Shown here: positions 20,091 to 29,832 of the stretch, piece by piece
How positions within the stretch are numbered: position 1 is the stretch's first letter
Layout: each line of letters begins with the position of its first letter
From: Candidatus Latescibacterota bacterium
GTDB taxonomy: Bacteria; Latescibacterota; UBA2968; UBA8231
Direction of reading: 5' to 3'
DNA length: 64,000 nt
Assembly: GCA_965243025.1 (NCBI GenBank)
Contig: CBDETY010000003.1
Span: 2,720,001 to 2,784,000, forward strand
Position numbers and translations under genes: made by a program
The notes under the pieces: model-generated
What the model was told of the DNA's origin: nothing
Databases searched by the model: none
What the model saw: only the letters and a program-made list of their open reading frames with translations

Positions 20091-20195
20091 AACGACCCGC
20101 GATCATCCGCCCCTTACTGCAGCTGTAGCCATCCGGCGGCAAGGAGTTCACCGGAAACTTCGCGGGAGCGGCGGCCTGCCGTCCCGCGGTGACGC

Positions 20196-21350
20196 TTACA
20201 AGTGGACGCTGACAACCCCCGAACCCATGAGGGTTTTGACGGTTATCCCGAGGCCGACAGCGATAATGACCACGGAACTGATGACCGGCAGGCGTTGAAT
20301 CCACTTGCTGTCCCCGGAGAAACGGTCGACGAGGGGACGCGCCTTGACCATGAGCACGCCGATGGCGATCAGGACCGCGGCCAGCCCGAAGCTGAAAGCG
20401 AGGAGCAGAAGCAGCCCGAAGGCGATGCGATGCAGGGCCACGGCCAGCAGCAGGATCACCAGCGCCCCATGGCACGGGACGATGCCGCCGGAAATCCCGA
20501 GGGCAAGGAGACTTCCCAGGGTCACCCTGTCGGGTATCTCGTGGCTGTGGGTATGGCCATGGTGGTGGTCCTCTTCGCGGCCGTGGTCGTGGTGGTCGTG
20601 GTCGTGATCATGGCCGTGGCCGTGATCCCCGTGGTGGTGGTGATGATGAGGGCGACCATGTCCGCCCAGCCTCTTCACATGACCGGCGAACAGCCATATG
20701 CCGAGGGCCATGATCAGAACCCCGGAAGCCGTGCCGAGCCAGGGATAGATCTGCTCCGGCTGGACGTACCGGGTTGCGAAGAGCGCCACCAGTCCGAGCA
20801 GGATCACGCTGAAGGTGTGCGTGAAGGTGACTACCCCGCCCAGGAACATGGCGTTCCCCACGGTACCCCGCGAGCCGACGAGGTAGGCTGCCACCACGGT
20901 CTTGCCGTGTCCCGGTTCCAGGCCGTGGGCGGCCCCCAGAAACAGGGCGAGGGCAAGCGCCCCCAGAATCAGGCCCAGGCTCAGCTCTTCAGAGCGCAGC
21001 ATGGCACTGAGAGCATCCGTTTCTTCCCCCTCCCCGGCCGGGGCGGCTGTCCCCACCCCCTCCTCCTTCCAGACGACGGGAACAGCTGTGGCCCCGGCCC
21101 TGGCCGGAGGGGGGCCTGCCACGCCCGAGCCGACATTCGGGAGGGCCGTCCCTTCTGCCTGAACGCCTGGAAGATCCGCGGCCGTCACCTCGACCCGAGC
21201 CGGTGAAATCCCGGTGCAATCCGGCGCACCTTCCTTTCCAGAGGCGGTCGACCCGCCGGGAAGATTCCCCCGGGACTGGGTGAGGTAGTCGCCCTGGACC
21301 TGGGCAGCGCTCATCAGCCCTGCGAGCATCAGACACAATCGAATCAGCAT
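20196..21350 (-). CDS. Nickel/cobalt transporter (RcnA/NicO family) with His-rich loop
   Basis: GAAHGLEPGHGK, TFTHT, poly-His/Asp loop, GIVPC. Confidence 0.88.
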   Translation of the reverse strand: MLIRLCLMLAGLMSAAQVQGDYLTQSRGNLPGGSTASGKEGAPDCTGISPARVEVTAADLPGVQAEGTALPNVGSGVAGPPPARAGATAVPVVWKEEGVGTAAPAGEGEETDALSAMLRSEELSLGLILGALALALFLGAAHGLEPGHGKTVVAAYLVGSRGTVGNAMFLGGVVTFTHTFSVILLGLVALFATRYVQPEQIYPWLGTASGVLIMALGIWLFAGHVKRLGGHGRPHHHHHHGDHGHGHDHDHDHHDHGREEDHHHGHTHSHEIPDRVTLGSLLALGISGGIVPCHGALVILLLAVALHRIAFGLLLLLAFSFGLAAVLIAIGVLMVKARPLVDRFSGDSKWIQRLPVISSVVIIAVGLGITVKTLMGSGVVSVHL

Positions 21351-21461
21351 CGTTTTCCTCTACCGTAACTGCCGGTTCCAGAAGTAAGAGTACGGCAACA
21401 CGGCGGCGCAGGCATCCGATTCGGGATGGGCTCCAGAAAAAAACTGGATCTGCCTTCAGAA

Positions 21462-21489
21462 ATAGTATACTATATAAATAGTACACTAT
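21462..21489. promoter_or_regulatory. Putative YtrA-subfamily GntR operator
   Basis: ATAGTATACTAT-ATAA-ATAGTACACTAT: 12-bp inverted repeat with one mismatch, upstream of a GntR-ABC operon. Confidence 0.7.
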
Positions 21490-21627
21490 GACACCAACCG
21501 GTTGATGTTCGAATCGAACCGGATTTCCCCACTGAAAACCAGACTGGCAGCTCACCGGCCGCGAGAAAACAGGGCCGACCGGGAACGGATGCCGGCGTTG
21601 TGAATCAGATCGGAATGGGGCGAACCG

Positions 21628-21999
21628 ATGGGCCTCGATTTTGACCCTGCCCGTCCCATCTACCTGCAGATCATCGAGGCGGTGAAAAAGCGAACCGCCC
21701 AGGGGGTCTATCGGGCCGGGGATCGTTTGCCGTCGGTGCGGGAAATGGCCGCGGAGATGGGGGTGAATCCCAACACCCTGTCAAGAGCCTACATGGAGCT
21801 GGAGCGCGAGGGTTTCATAACGACCCGGCGCGGAGAGGGATCGTCGATTACCGGCAGCGCCGAAAGGATCGACAGCGAGCACCGCGCCCTGGCCCGGTCG
21901 GCCCGCGACCGCTTCATCTCCGAGGTCCGCGGCCTGGCGCTCTCGAGGGAACAGATCGAGGCACTGATGCGCGAAATCCTCGAGGAGGTCGATTCGTGA
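21628..21999 (+). CDS. GntR family regulator (YtrA subfamily)
   Basis: PIYLQI, LPSVREMA..MGVNPNT, RRGEG; short C-terminal domain. Confidence 0.93.
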   Translation: MGLDFDPARPIYLQIIEAVKKRTAQGVYRAGDRLPSVREMAAEMGVNPNTLSRAYMELEREGFITTRRGEGSSITGSAERIDSEHRALARSARDRFISEVRGLALSREQIEALMREILEEVDS

Positions 22000-22685
22000 T
22001 TGAAGTGAAAAACCTGTGGAAGCGATACCCCGGGGTGACCGCCCTCGGGGGGGTCTCCCTGTCCGTCGCACGGGGCCGGGTCATGGGCATACTCGGAGAG
22101 AACGGCAGCGGCAAGAGCACACTGTTGAAGATCCTCGCCGGGGTCGCCCGCCCCAGCGAAGGCAGCGTTTCCGTTTCGGGGCGCCCGGTGGGCGTCGAAA
22201 CCCGCCGCATCACCGCCTACCTGCCGGAGGTCAACCCGTTCTACGACTGGATGGGGGTAACCGAGCAGCTGGAGTTCCTGGCCGCGTTCTTCCCGGGATG
22301 GAACATGGAGAAGTCGCGCCGGCTGCTCGCCCTCATGAACGTCGACGCCAACCGGAAGATCGGCTCCCTTTCCGACGGCCAGAGGGCGCGGCTGAAGGTG
22401 GCTGCCGCCTTCTCCTGGCCGAGCGAACTGGTGCTGATGGACGAACCTCTCGGGCGCATCGATCCGCCGTCCAGACGGCGGATCCTCGAGACCTTGCTGA
22501 GCGAGTTCCGCTTCGGCGAGCAGACGATCCTGATTTCGACCCATCTCGTCAGCGAGGTGGAAGAGCTGATAGAGGAGGTCGCCTTTCTCCGCGGCGGCGA
22601 GGTAGCGGTAAGCGGCGACGTCGACGAGCTGAGGAAGATTCGCGGGATGTCGCTCGACGACATCTTCGAGGAGGTGGTGGCGTGA
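21996..22685 (+). CDS. ABC transporter ATP-binding protein (YtrB-like)
   Basis: Walker A GENGSGKST, LSDGQ, Walker B LMDEP, ISTH. Confidence 0.93.
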   Translation: MIEVKNLWKRYPGVTALGGVSLSVARGRVMGILGENGSGKSTLLKILAGVARPSEGSVSVSGRPVGVETRRITAYLPEVNPFYDWMGVTEQLEFLAAFFPGWNMEKSRRLLALMNVDANRKIGSLSDGQRARLKVAAAFSWPSELVLMDEPLGRIDPPSRRRILETLLSEFRFGEQTILISTHLVSEVEELIEEVAFLRGGEVAVSGDVDELRKIRGMSLDDIFEEVVA

Positions 22686-23452
22686 ACGCCTGGAAGAGCC
22701 TGTACCTGAAAGAGATCAGGGAGCACCGCACCCTTTTCATCCTGCTGCCGCTGGTAACCGCTTTTCTCGAAACAATGGCGGTGCTCTCTTTCGACGATGA
22801 TCAGATCCTCCCATCCATCCACCTTGTCTGGAGCTTCGTCCCCTACGCCTGGCTGCTGGTCCTGCCTTTCGTGCTCGGCCACTCGTTCACCCAGGAAGTG
22901 AAAGGGCAGACCCATTACCTGCTCCTCTCCCTGCCGGTTCCCCGGGCCCGGGTCTTCGCCGCCAAGGCGGCGATGGCGGCGACGCTCGGCATCATCCTGT
23001 ACGCCTTGACCAGCGCCGGTCTCATCGCCGTTCTGGGCGAACTGCGCGCCCTCGCCGCCCGGGCCGCCAATGTCAGCATCTCTCCCTTTAACGCCGTGGA
23101 CGTTCTCGTGCTCAACGGGGTCGTCTACCTGTCGGCAATGGGGATTCTGCTGGGTATTGCCGGCGGTATCGCCGGCCTCAGGCTGGTGGTGAGACGCTTC
23201 ACCGGGCTGGCGTCTGCCGCCTTCGCCATCTTCGTCCTCTACTGGTATCTCCGCACCCTGCCCGAGGTCCTCGCCCTGCCGGCGGTTCTCGGCACCTACG
23301 AGCTGTCGCTGGGGATCGAATCCCCCAGCGTGCTGAGCGTCGGCCCGGATCCCATCGAGGTCAATCTCATGTTCCCCGCCTACACGATCGCGGTCGGGCT
23401 CGCTTCCATGGGGTTGGGAATGTGGCTCTTCGAGAGGCAGGCCGAAGCGTGA
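22682..23452 (+). CDS. ABC-2 type permease
   Basis: GTG at 22682 overlapping the ATPase stop; LYLKE.R start, LLSLPV.R..V..AK motif, about six TMs. Confidence 0.8.
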   Translation: MNAWKSLYLKEIREHRTLFILLPLVTAFLETMAVLSFDDDQILPSIHLVWSFVPYAWLLVLPFVLGHSFTQEVKGQTHYLLLSLPVPRARVFAAKAAMAATLGIILYALTSAGLIAVLGELRALAARAANVSISPFNAVDVLVLNGVVYLSAMGILLGIAGGIAGLRLVVRRFTGLASAAFAIFVLYWYLRTLPEVLALPAVLGTYELSLGIESPSVLSVGPDPIEVNLMFPAYTIAVGLASMGLGMWLFERQAEA

Positions 23453-23522
23453 ACGGGCGGGCCCGGGCCCGATTCGGCTGACGGGAGGTGAAGTGAGGAC
23501 TGCCCGAGGGGCAGAGGTGCTG

Positions 23523-25298
23523 CTAAGGGACGAAGAAAACGAAGAAGAGTCCCCCGACGATCAGGCCCGAGATCCCGATCTCGACCGCCTTGTTTCCCGG
23601 ATCCACGGAAACCCGGTCCACGGTTTCCGAGCCGCCCAGCCACTGGGTCCCTTCCGAGGGAACGTTCTCGGAACCGTACCCCTGGATTCTCCTGATCCAG
23701 GACAGCTCGCGATCGGGGTTCTCGAAAGCGAGAAAGAGATCGCCTATCGCCTCCCGGCGGCGCTTTGGCGCCAGCGGGTTCCACCCCTTCTGTGTGTACA
23801 CCACGCGGGCATCGACCACCCGGTAGCTGAGGGAAGCCCCCGAGTCCTCATCCTCGTCCGCAGAATCCACCGCAACGCGGTACCCTTTCCGGATCAACTC
23901 CGCGGTCAGAACGTCCTCGGCAATCCAGTTCCTGTCGTCCTTTTTCGCGGCCTCGAGGTCGACCCGGGACCCGGCCGCCAGGGGAAGATCGGCAAGTTCC
24001 CTGCGGACCTGCGCCTGAAGCGCTCCCTGGACGGCCTCGAGGTCGGTCCTTGCTTCTGACTTCGCATCCCCCGCCTGTTTCCCGGCCTGCGGCCCTTCCT
24101 CGACCACCCTCACCGCGACCTCTCCCGGCAGGGGAATGGGATCTCCCCCGGCTTCGGGATAGAACGCGCTTTCGCACGCGAACAGGCCGGAGCGGGTCGG
24201 CCGCACCACCAGGGTAACCTGCACCCTGCCCCCCGGGGCCAGTTCACCGGATTCGGGACGGACCACCAGGTGCGGCCAGAGGGAGGGCCAGCCAAGGGAG
24301 ACCTGCTCGGAAGGAGTGGATTCGACCGCAGCTCGCGCCGCCTCTGCAGAACCGTCCTTTACGGAAATGTCCCTGAAGCTGTCGGGAATCGGGGCGCGCA
24401 ACTCCTCCACCGGAATCGAGGCCTGCGAGTCGTTTCGCCAGGTGAACCGCAGCTCGCTGGTGCTGCCTTTCAGCGCCCGCCCCCCGGGAAATGCCGCCGA
24501 AGCCAGGGGCACGGGCAGAAGGTCGAGCTCCACCGCGGGCAGCGGCGACCCGTAGACCGCCCGGGAACCCGCCATACCTTCCAGAGCAACCGTTTCCGAC
24601 GCCCCGGTGCGGACCCGCAGATCCAAGGTAACCGCAACACTGTCCCCCCCTTCCACGGGGGCCGCGAGGTCCGCTTCCCGGGCACCGTCGAGCAACTGCA
24701 GTGCCTCGGGCCACTCCCACAACAGGGACTCGACCCGGCGCCCACCCGGATCGAGATTGCGGATGCTCATGGCCAGCTCGACCGGAACTCCCGGGTACAC
24801 CGCCGTCGGCCGGGCGGTTATGGCGACGGGAATGGGAGATCCCACGGCGAGGGAGAAGCGGCTTGCGTGCGCCGGCTCGGCCTTCCCTTCACGCGAAGAG
24901 TATGTCCGCAGATCGAATTCCAGGGACTCCCCGGGAGTGGCTGTAATCCGCAGGGTGTCCTCCGCAACTTGCGCGAGCGGGGCACTGCTGTAATCGATCT
25001 CGATCCGGCCCGAATGCAGGGCCGCGGCGCCGGCTGTCGAGGTTGCGCCCGCCACTGCAAGCACCTTCGGATCGAAATCGACTTTTGTCAGCAGGACAGC
25101 CTCGCCGTCCCCGGGAAAGTAGCTCACGAAAAGCGTGAGGACGTGTTCCAGGCCCGGTCCGGCGACTGCGGCGTAGTCGGACCTCACCGAGAAAGTGGTT
25201 CGCGCCTCAACCGCCCCGAGCCAACAAATCAGAAGGGCGAGCGGCAGCCCGACCCGCCCTTTGGGCAATGCCATGATCGTCTTCCGGAAATCGTTCAA
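23523..25298 (-). CDS. Exported beta-rich (Ig-like) protein with C-terminal TM anchor
   Basis: Signal peptide, beta-rich segments (LAPGGRVQVTLVV), terminal hydrophobic helix GLIVGGLFFVFFVP. Confidence 0.6.
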   Translation of the reverse strand: MNDFRKTIMALPKGRVGLPLALLICWLGAVEARTTFSVRSDYAAVAGPGLEHVLTLFVSYFPGDGEAVLLTKVDFDPKVLAVAGATSTAGAAALHSGRIEIDYSSAPLAQVAEDTLRITATPGESLEFDLRTYSSREGKAEPAHASRFSLAVGSPIPVAITARPTAVYPGVPVELAMSIRNLDPGGRRVESLLWEWPEALQLLDGAREADLAAPVEGGDSVAVTLDLRVRTGASETVALEGMAGSRAVYGSPLPAVELDLLPVPLASAAFPGGRALKGSTSELRFTWRNDSQASIPVEELRAPIPDSFRDISVKDGSAEAARAAVESTPSEQVSLGWPSLWPHLVVRPESGELAPGGRVQVTLVVRPTRSGLFACESAFYPEAGGDPIPLPGEVAVRVVEEGPQAGKQAGDAKSEARTDLEAVQGALQAQVRRELADLPLAAGSRVDLEAAKKDDRNWIAEDVLTAELIRKGYRVAVDSADEDEDSGASLSYRVVDARVVYTQKGWNPLAPKRRREAIGDLFLAFENPDRELSWIRRIQGYGSENVPSEGTQWLGGSETVDRVSVDPGNKAVEIGISGLIVGGLFFVFFVP

Positions 25299-25468
25299 GT
25301 GACTTTTTTTCCTGCACTTGCGTCAATTCTACCTTAACCGGGGAAATCCCTGGCTGTCAAGCTCTCCGGCGGTTTGCGGCCAACTCTCCGGACCTGAGTT
25401 TTCTTGACGCTCCCGGACCCGGGTTTCATGTTTCTCCGAATCGACAGCAAACACCGGTTCTGATTCAC

Positions 25469-26194
25469 ATGTGGGAATTTGTCCTGTACCTGTCTGGCGC
25501 CGCCCTCGCTTTGCTCGCGGTCCCCGTGGCCTTGCGCATGCGGTTCGACCGGCCCCTGCCCGGGGGAGCGATCTCGATGCGGGCCGAGGCAGGCCTGCTC
25601 TCCGGGCTCGTGGGAGTCGCCGTCACCGGTCCGGGCGCCTGGAGATGGGGCCCAACCCTTGGCGGGCGCTCCCTGGGAGGCATCTCCTTTCCCCTGAGGA
25701 CCCGGGGCAGACCCGGGCGCCGGAAGGGACCGCTTCCCGGACAGCCGGTGAGGCCTTCGGAAACCGCTTCCGGGGCCGGGCTTGAGCAAAAGGCCCCACG
25801 GAGGCAGACTCCCTCGAGGCGCCTGCTGCGGTTCCCCATAGAGCCCGGGCTGCGGCTGCTCGGATCGCTGGGGCGGGCCGTCAATCTGCGCGCGGTCCGC
25901 GTCAACGGACGCCTCGGACTGGGCGACCCGGCGAAGACCGGGTACATGTACGGTGTCATCCAAGCCGTTGAAGCGAGCCTCCCGAAGCGGCGGAAACAGC
26001 TGCAGATCCGGCTCGAACCCGATTTCGGCGAGCAGGTGTTCTGCGGCCGCCTGGAGATCTGCCTGCATCTGTCTCTGGTGCGTATGGCCGCCTCCCTTCT
26101 CCGGTTCGGGCTGGAGGTGGGAATCAGACGGGTCTCCGACAACCTGGAGTCGGTTCGATGGATTCCCTTCCTGCCTGGCTGGAAAGCTTCGTGA
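25469..26194 (+). CDS. YtfI/DUF2953-like protein
   Basis: GLGDPAKTGYMYG and EPDF motifs; upstream of a YtfJ-family gene. Confidence 0.7.
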   Translation: MWEFVLYLSGAALALLAVPVALRMRFDRPLPGGAISMRAEAGLLSGLVGVAVTGPGAWRWGPTLGGRSLGGISFPLRTRGRPGRRKGPLPGQPVRPSETASGAGLEQKAPRRQTPSRRLLRFPIEPGLRLLGSLGRAVNLRAVRVNGRLGLGDPAKTGYMYGVIQAVEASLPKRRKQLQIRLEPDFGEQVFCGRLEICLHLSLVRMAASLLRFGLEVGIRRVSDNLESVRWIPFLPGWKAS

Positions 26195-26222
26195 CTGCAA
26201 CCTGTAACCGGAAAACGGGCCA

Positions 26223-26609
26223 GTGACCTCAGTAGAAGGGCTTATCGAGCGGGTGATGGGGGAACTGCACCGGATTGTGCAGACCAAGACCGTGGTCGGC
26301 GAGCCCTTGGTGGCCGGCGACCTGACCTTGATTCCCGTGAGCAGGATCACCTTCGGCTTCGGGGCCGGGGGCGGGCAGGAAGGCAAGGGCCAGAGCGGCA
26401 CCGGCGGCGGCGCCACGGTCGAGCCGATCGCCTTCGTCGTCATCGACCCCGACGGCAAGGCCCAGATTCTCACTCTTTCCGACAAGGACGTCTCCTGGAG
26501 CCAGGTCCTCGGCCTGATGCCGGAGGCGGTGTCGAAAATCAAGTCGTTCGTCGACCGCAAGAGCCGGAAAGAAGAAGCTGAGGAAGAAGGGGAAGCTTCC
26601 TCGAAGTGA
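26223..26609 (+). CDS. GerW/YtfJ family protein
   Basis: TVVGEP...LIPVSRITFGFGAGGG...GGGATVEPIAFVV. Confidence 0.9.
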   Translation: MTSVEGLIERVMGELHRIVQTKTVVGEPLVAGDLTLIPVSRITFGFGAGGGQEGKGQSGTGGGATVEPIAFVVIDPDGKAQILTLSDKDVSWSQVLGLMPEAVSKIKSFVDRKSRKEEAEEEGEASSK

Positions 26610-26704
26610 GAGCGCCATCCTCCCCTGCGGAGGCTGAGAACCGCCGCGGACGCTTCAGCTGAAGCCGCCCGCCGGCGACCGGGAACGGTCCCGATCGACA
26701 GGGA

Positions 26705-27211
26705 TCAGGGTTCGTTCTCCTGCGGAAACACCCGGAACAGCCCATCGAGAATCAGGTGGGTGTACCAGCCGGCGAGGGCGGCCCCGGCGAACTGCATCTC
26801 CAGGCCGTGCGGCAACTCGCGCAGGACCGCCAGCCACTCCCCCGGCCCGGCCCCTTCCAGCTTCCACCAGGCATACCCCGCGGCGGCAACCACGGCCGCC
26901 GCGAGCGGACTCAGGCGACAATGGGTCCAGCCGCGGTGGTGATCGAGCACCGGCAGAAGCGCAAGCACGGCCACTGCGGTCGCGGTTCGGTACTCTCCTG
27001 CCCAGGCGAGGTACAGCAAGCCGGCAAAGACGAACTTGAAGAACCAGCGCTGCGGGCGGGAAGAGGTGTCGAGATCGGGAAACAGCGAAAAGAACAAGGC
27101 GGTTGCGAACAGGCCCATGGTGGTTTCGGGACGCGCCCCGCTTCCCTCCGCCACTGCCGCCACCGCGGCAGCGACGAGAAGACCCCCTGCCAGGTGGCCT
27201 TTGTAGCTCAC
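26705..27211 (-). CDS. Membrane-bound metal-dependent hydrolase (YdjM/DUF457 family)
   Basis: GH, FPDLD, HRGWTH, HLILD motifs. Confidence 0.8.
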   Translation of the reverse strand: MSYKGHLAGGLLVAAAVAAVAEGSGARPETTMGLFATALFFSLFPDLDTSSRPQRWFFKFVFAGLLYLAWAGEYRTATAVAVLALLPVLDHHRGWTHCRLSPLAAAVVAAAGYAWWKLEGAGPGEWLAVLRELPHGLEMQFAGAALAGWYTHLILDGLFRVFPQENEP

Positions 27212-27242
27212 TTCCCCTCGAAGCGTCCGGGCCGGGCTGTTC

Positions 27243-28418
27243 TCACCCCGGGGACCGGCGGCGGGCGGGCCTTTCGATGCGCCGGTAGAGCTGCCCGCAG
27301 GCCGCGTCGATATCCCCGCCGCGGCTTTCGCGGACAGTGACCGCAGTTTCGGTGTTGGCCCTCACGAGCTCGGCAAAGCGCCTGACTCGCAGCCGCGAAG
27401 GGCGTTCGAAGGCCTCCTCGCCCGGGGGAAGCTCGCTCAGCTCGTTGTAGGGAATGAGGTTGATCTTGCACGGCAGCTGCCGCGACAGCGAGGCCAGGCG
27501 CACGGCATCTCTGTCGCTGTCGGTGACCCCGGCCATCAGCACGTACTCGAAAGTCACCCGGCGGCCGCGGCGCTGGTAGTAGAGACGCCCCGCCTCCAGC
27601 AGCTCGGCAATCGGGAACTTACGGTTGATCGGCATCAGACGGGTCCGGGTTTCGTCGTCCGTGGCGTTGAGGGAAATCGCCAGGCCGACGTTGAGGTCCT
27701 CGTCGGCCAGCCGCCGAATCCCGGGAACGTACCCCGCGGTCGATACCGTGATGCGGCGCCCCCCGATCCCGCCTTCCCGGGAGCGGATGATGCGCAGCGC
27801 CCGCACCACCTGATCGTAGTTGAGCAGGGGCTCCCCCATCCCCATCATGACGATGTGGGTTACCCTTTCCCCGAGGGACCGGGCGAAATCCTGAAGCTGC
27901 AGGAACTGATCGACGATCTCGCCGGCGCCGAGGTTGCTCAGGAAACCCATCTTCGCGGTGGCGCAGAAGCGGCAGTCCAGGGGACACCCCACCTGGGAGG
28001 ACAGGCATGCGGTCCGCCTCGTTCCGTCGGAGATGTAGACCGCCTCGACCAGCCCCCCTCCCGGAACCTCGAAGAGGAACTTCACCGCCTTCCCCGCCGG
28101 GGACCCCACGCGCTCCTGCAGGGACATCCCGGCAACGCTCGCGCGCTCCTCCAACCGTTCCCTGAAGCTCCGGGGCAGGTCGGTCATGGCGGCGAAGTCC
28201 GCGGCGCCGCGGTCGTGGATCCACGACCAGAGCTGCCGCCCCCGGTACGGTTTCTCCCCCAATTCGGCGACCAGGCCGGCCAGCTCCTCCCGCGTCAGGC
28301 CCCTGAGGTCGACACGGGGTCCGGTTCCGGCCCCGGCAGGGAGTGTCGAGACCGCGGCAGCGGGGGGTTCGGCAGGGCCGTGGCGGGCCGGCGAATCGTG
28401 CAGTTTTTCTTGACGCAT
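27243..28418 (-). CDS. rlmN: Dual-specificity RNA methyltransferase RlmN (true start possibly downstream)
   Basis: SSQVGCPLDCRFCAT (radical SAM), MGMGEP, DIDAACGQL. Confidence 0.95.
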   Translation of the reverse strand: MRQEKLHDSPARHGPAEPPAAAVSTLPAGAGTGPRVDLRGLTREELAGLVAELGEKPYRGRQLWSWIHDRGAADFAAMTDLPRSFRERLEERASVAGMSLQERVGSPAGKAVKFLFEVPGGGLVEAVYISDGTRRTACLSSQVGCPLDCRFCATAKMGFLSNLGAGEIVDQFLQLQDFARSLGERVTHIVMMGMGEPLLNYDQVVRALRIIRSREGGIGGRRITVSTAGYVPGIRRLADEDLNVGLAISLNATDDETRTRLMPINRKFPIAELLEAGRLYYQRRGRRVTFEYVLMAGVTDSDRDAVRLASLSRQLPCKINLIPYNELSELPPGEEAFERPSRLRVRRFAELVRANTETAVTVRESRGGDIDAACGQLYRRIERPARRRSPG

Positions 28419-28438
28419 TTTTTACGTAGGTGTATAAT
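28410..28438 (+). promoter_or_regulatory. Near-consensus sigma70 promoter for the M23 peptidase operon
   Basis: TTGACG-N17-TATAAT with TG just upstream of the -10, in an AT-rich patch. Confidence 0.75.
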
Positions 28439-28535
28439 AACGAACATGTTACGACAATTGCAAAGAACTCCCGATCGCTGCGTTTCTCCCCGCCGTCGGC
28501 GGCGTACCCGCTCCCCTTCCGACCGCCCCCCGATC

Positions 28536-29831
28536 ATGACCCGTTCCCCCTATTCGCTCTGGCTCTGGCCGGTGATTTCGGTGCTGATCGCCCTGACCGC
28601 GGCCGCCGCGGTTATCCGGCTCGACCGCCCGCCGGGGGAACCGCGCGCGGCCGTCCCCGAGGCGACCGTCGAACCGGCCCCTGCGCCTCCCCCGGACCCG
28701 GCAGCAGCGAGGGTGGAGGCCAGCGCCCTGCTCGATACCATCGGCCGGGACGACTCCATATACCTGTCTCTCAAAAGGCACGGGGTCGCCGATCTCGAGC
28801 TTGCGCACATGACGGAAGCGATGGGGGCCGTTTTCGATGCATCGAGGTCCAAACCCGGCGACAGCTACCGGCTCGTCGTCGGCCGGGACGGGGAGATAAC
28901 CAGCTTTTCCTACGTGCAGCGCAACCAGCCGGAGCAGGTTCTGCGCGTCGAGCGCGCCCCGGCCGGCGGTTTTTCGGTGCGGCGGGTCGCCGAACCTCTC
29001 GACACCACGGTTGTCGCGCTGCAGGTGACCATAGAAGACAACCTGTCGAACGCCATTGCCGGCGCCGGGGAGAGCGTGCTCCTTACCGACCTGCTCGCCG
29101 ACCGCATCTTCGGGTCGGTAATCGACTTCAACAAGGACCCCAGAAAGGGGGACCGGCTCGGCCTCGTGCTTCGCAAGCTCTTCAAGGACGGGGACTTCGT
29201 GCGCGTCGACCGCGTCCTGCTGGCCCGCTACGAAGGCGAGATCGTGAAGCAGCTTGCGGTGTTCTACGAGACCGGGGAAGGCTCGGGGTACTACGACGAG
29301 AACGGCAAGTCGGTCGAGCGCATGTTCCTGCTTAGCCCCCTCTCCTACCGCCGCATAAGCTCGGGTTTCAGCCACAAGCGCTTTCACCCCATCCTCAAGC
29401 GCAACATGCCCCATCTCGGCATGGACTTCGCCGCGGACACGGGAACCAGGGTGTGGGCCACGGCGCGCGGGACGGTCAGCTACGCCGGCCGCAAGGGCGC
29501 CTACGGAAAGCTGGTGGAGATCGAACATCCCAACGGCTACAGGACCCGCTACGCCCACCTCAGCCGCATTTCCGTGCGCAAGGGCCAGCGGGTCGACAAG
29601 TACGAAATCGTCGGCCGCGTCGGGTCCACGGGGCGCTCGACCGGCCCTCACCTGCACTACGAGCTGCTGCGCAACGGACGCCACCGCAATCCGGCCAATG
29701 TCAACAGGGAGGCCAAGGTCACACCCCTTCCGGAGGATCGGAAGACCCACTTCTTCGCCCACCGCGACCGCCTCGTCGCCCGGGCAGCGGCAGCCGGCCC
29801 GGCGGTCGCGCTTCAGAACCCGGGGCGCTGA
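28536..29831 (+). CDS. M23 family peptidoglycan endopeptidase (MepM-like)
   Basis: N-terminal TM; HLGMDFAA, YAHL, STGPHLHY; start ATG 28536 chosen (28446 is an alternative). Confidence 0.9.
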   Translation: MTRSPYSLWLWPVISVLIALTAAAAVIRLDRPPGEPRAAVPEATVEPAPAPPPDPAAARVEASALLDTIGRDDSIYLSLKRHGVADLELAHMTEAMGAVFDASRSKPGDSYRLVVGRDGEITSFSYVQRNQPEQVLRVERAPAGGFSVRRVAEPLDTTVVALQVTIEDNLSNAIAGAGESVLLTDLLADRIFGSVIDFNKDPRKGDRLGLVLRKLFKDGDFVRVDRVLLARYEGEIVKQLAVFYETGEGSGYYDENGKSVERMFLLSPLSYRRISSGFSHKRFHPILKRNMPHLGMDFAADTGTRVWATARGTVSYAGRKGAYGKLVEIEHPNGYRTRYAHLSRISVRKGQRVDKYEIVGRVGSTGRSTGPHLHYELLRNGRHRNPANVNREAKVTPLPEDRKTHFFAHRDRLVARAAAAGPAVALQNPGR

Positions 29832-29832
29832 T

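Noticed and set aside
20550-20660. Repetitive GTG/GTC/ATG-rich tract
   Set aside because: It encodes the His-rich loop of the Ni/Co transporter; not a CRISPR or tandem DNA repeat element
28441-28453. CGAACATGTTACG as a LexA box
   Set aside because: Spacing and right half do not fit GAAC-N4-GTTC
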